A stretch of DNA of 63,393 bases, filler included, from Octopus bimaculoides (taxonomy: Eukaryota): NCBI RefSeq assembly GCF_001194135.2. It is 5 parts of 4 records of this genome, joined end to end, with 100 filler letters (N's around TTAATTAATTAA, not from the genome) between each part and the next. Parts side by side here need not be neighbours in the genome. Positions count along the whole stretch, not along the records: positions 60,817 to 63,393 come from NC_068982.1; 4 more parts are not named here. The stretch is one strand, 5' to 3'. Made by a program: the position numbers and the translations under genes. The notes beneath the pieces are model-generated. The model searched no databases, was not told the origin of the DNA, and worked only from the letters and a program-made list of their open reading frames with translations. Of this stretch, positions 63,279-63,393 are shown in pieces; positions within the stretch are counted from its first letter, which is position 1; each line of letters opens with the position of its first letter.

Positions 63279-63393
63279 CTGAAATTTACAGGAAAAGAAA
63301 AGACAAAGACCGGTGTATGGACAACAATCAGGAATATTAGTTTGGTGCTCGGGAAAGTGAGAGAATCTTTTATTTCGAGCCTAGGTTCTTCAA
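63279..63393 (-). mobile_element. second, inverted copy of the Penelope-like end (runs off the window)
   Basis: The reverse complement ttgaagaacctaggctcgaaataaaagattctctcactttcccgagcaccaaactaata parallels 63123-63180. Confidence 0.75.

Overview
AT-rich, microsatellite-laden eukaryotic DNA whose SINE/LINE repertoire looks cephalopod (Octopus-like; recognised from memory, not from a search). The window is not contiguous. Four identical 100-bp linkers (44 N + TTAATTAATTAA + 44 N) split it into five pieces: 1-13127, 13228-30163, 30264-44822, 44923-60716 and 60817-63393. Only piece 2 holds a clear host gene, five + strand exons from the 3' part of a beta-heavy spectrin (karst/SPTBN5-like) that include the complete PH domain. 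Nested in its first visible intron is an intact, intronless 190-aa ORF with a Myb/SANT-like (trihelix-type) N-terminus. A later intron holds a SINE interrupted by a ~100-bp 28S rRNA fragment, piggyBac-type MITEs and a short retroposon with a target-site duplication (TSD). The rest is decayed mobile DNA: mariner, RTE, CR1-like, R4/Dong-like and Tx1/L1-like LINEs, three tRNA-derived SINE families and Penelope-like ends carrying minimal hammerhead ribozyme motifs. A GC-rich 20-bp minisatellite with p53-type half-sites and several long inverted repeats are also present. Exon and TSD coordinates were counted from the sequence; boundaries of decayed repeats are approximate.
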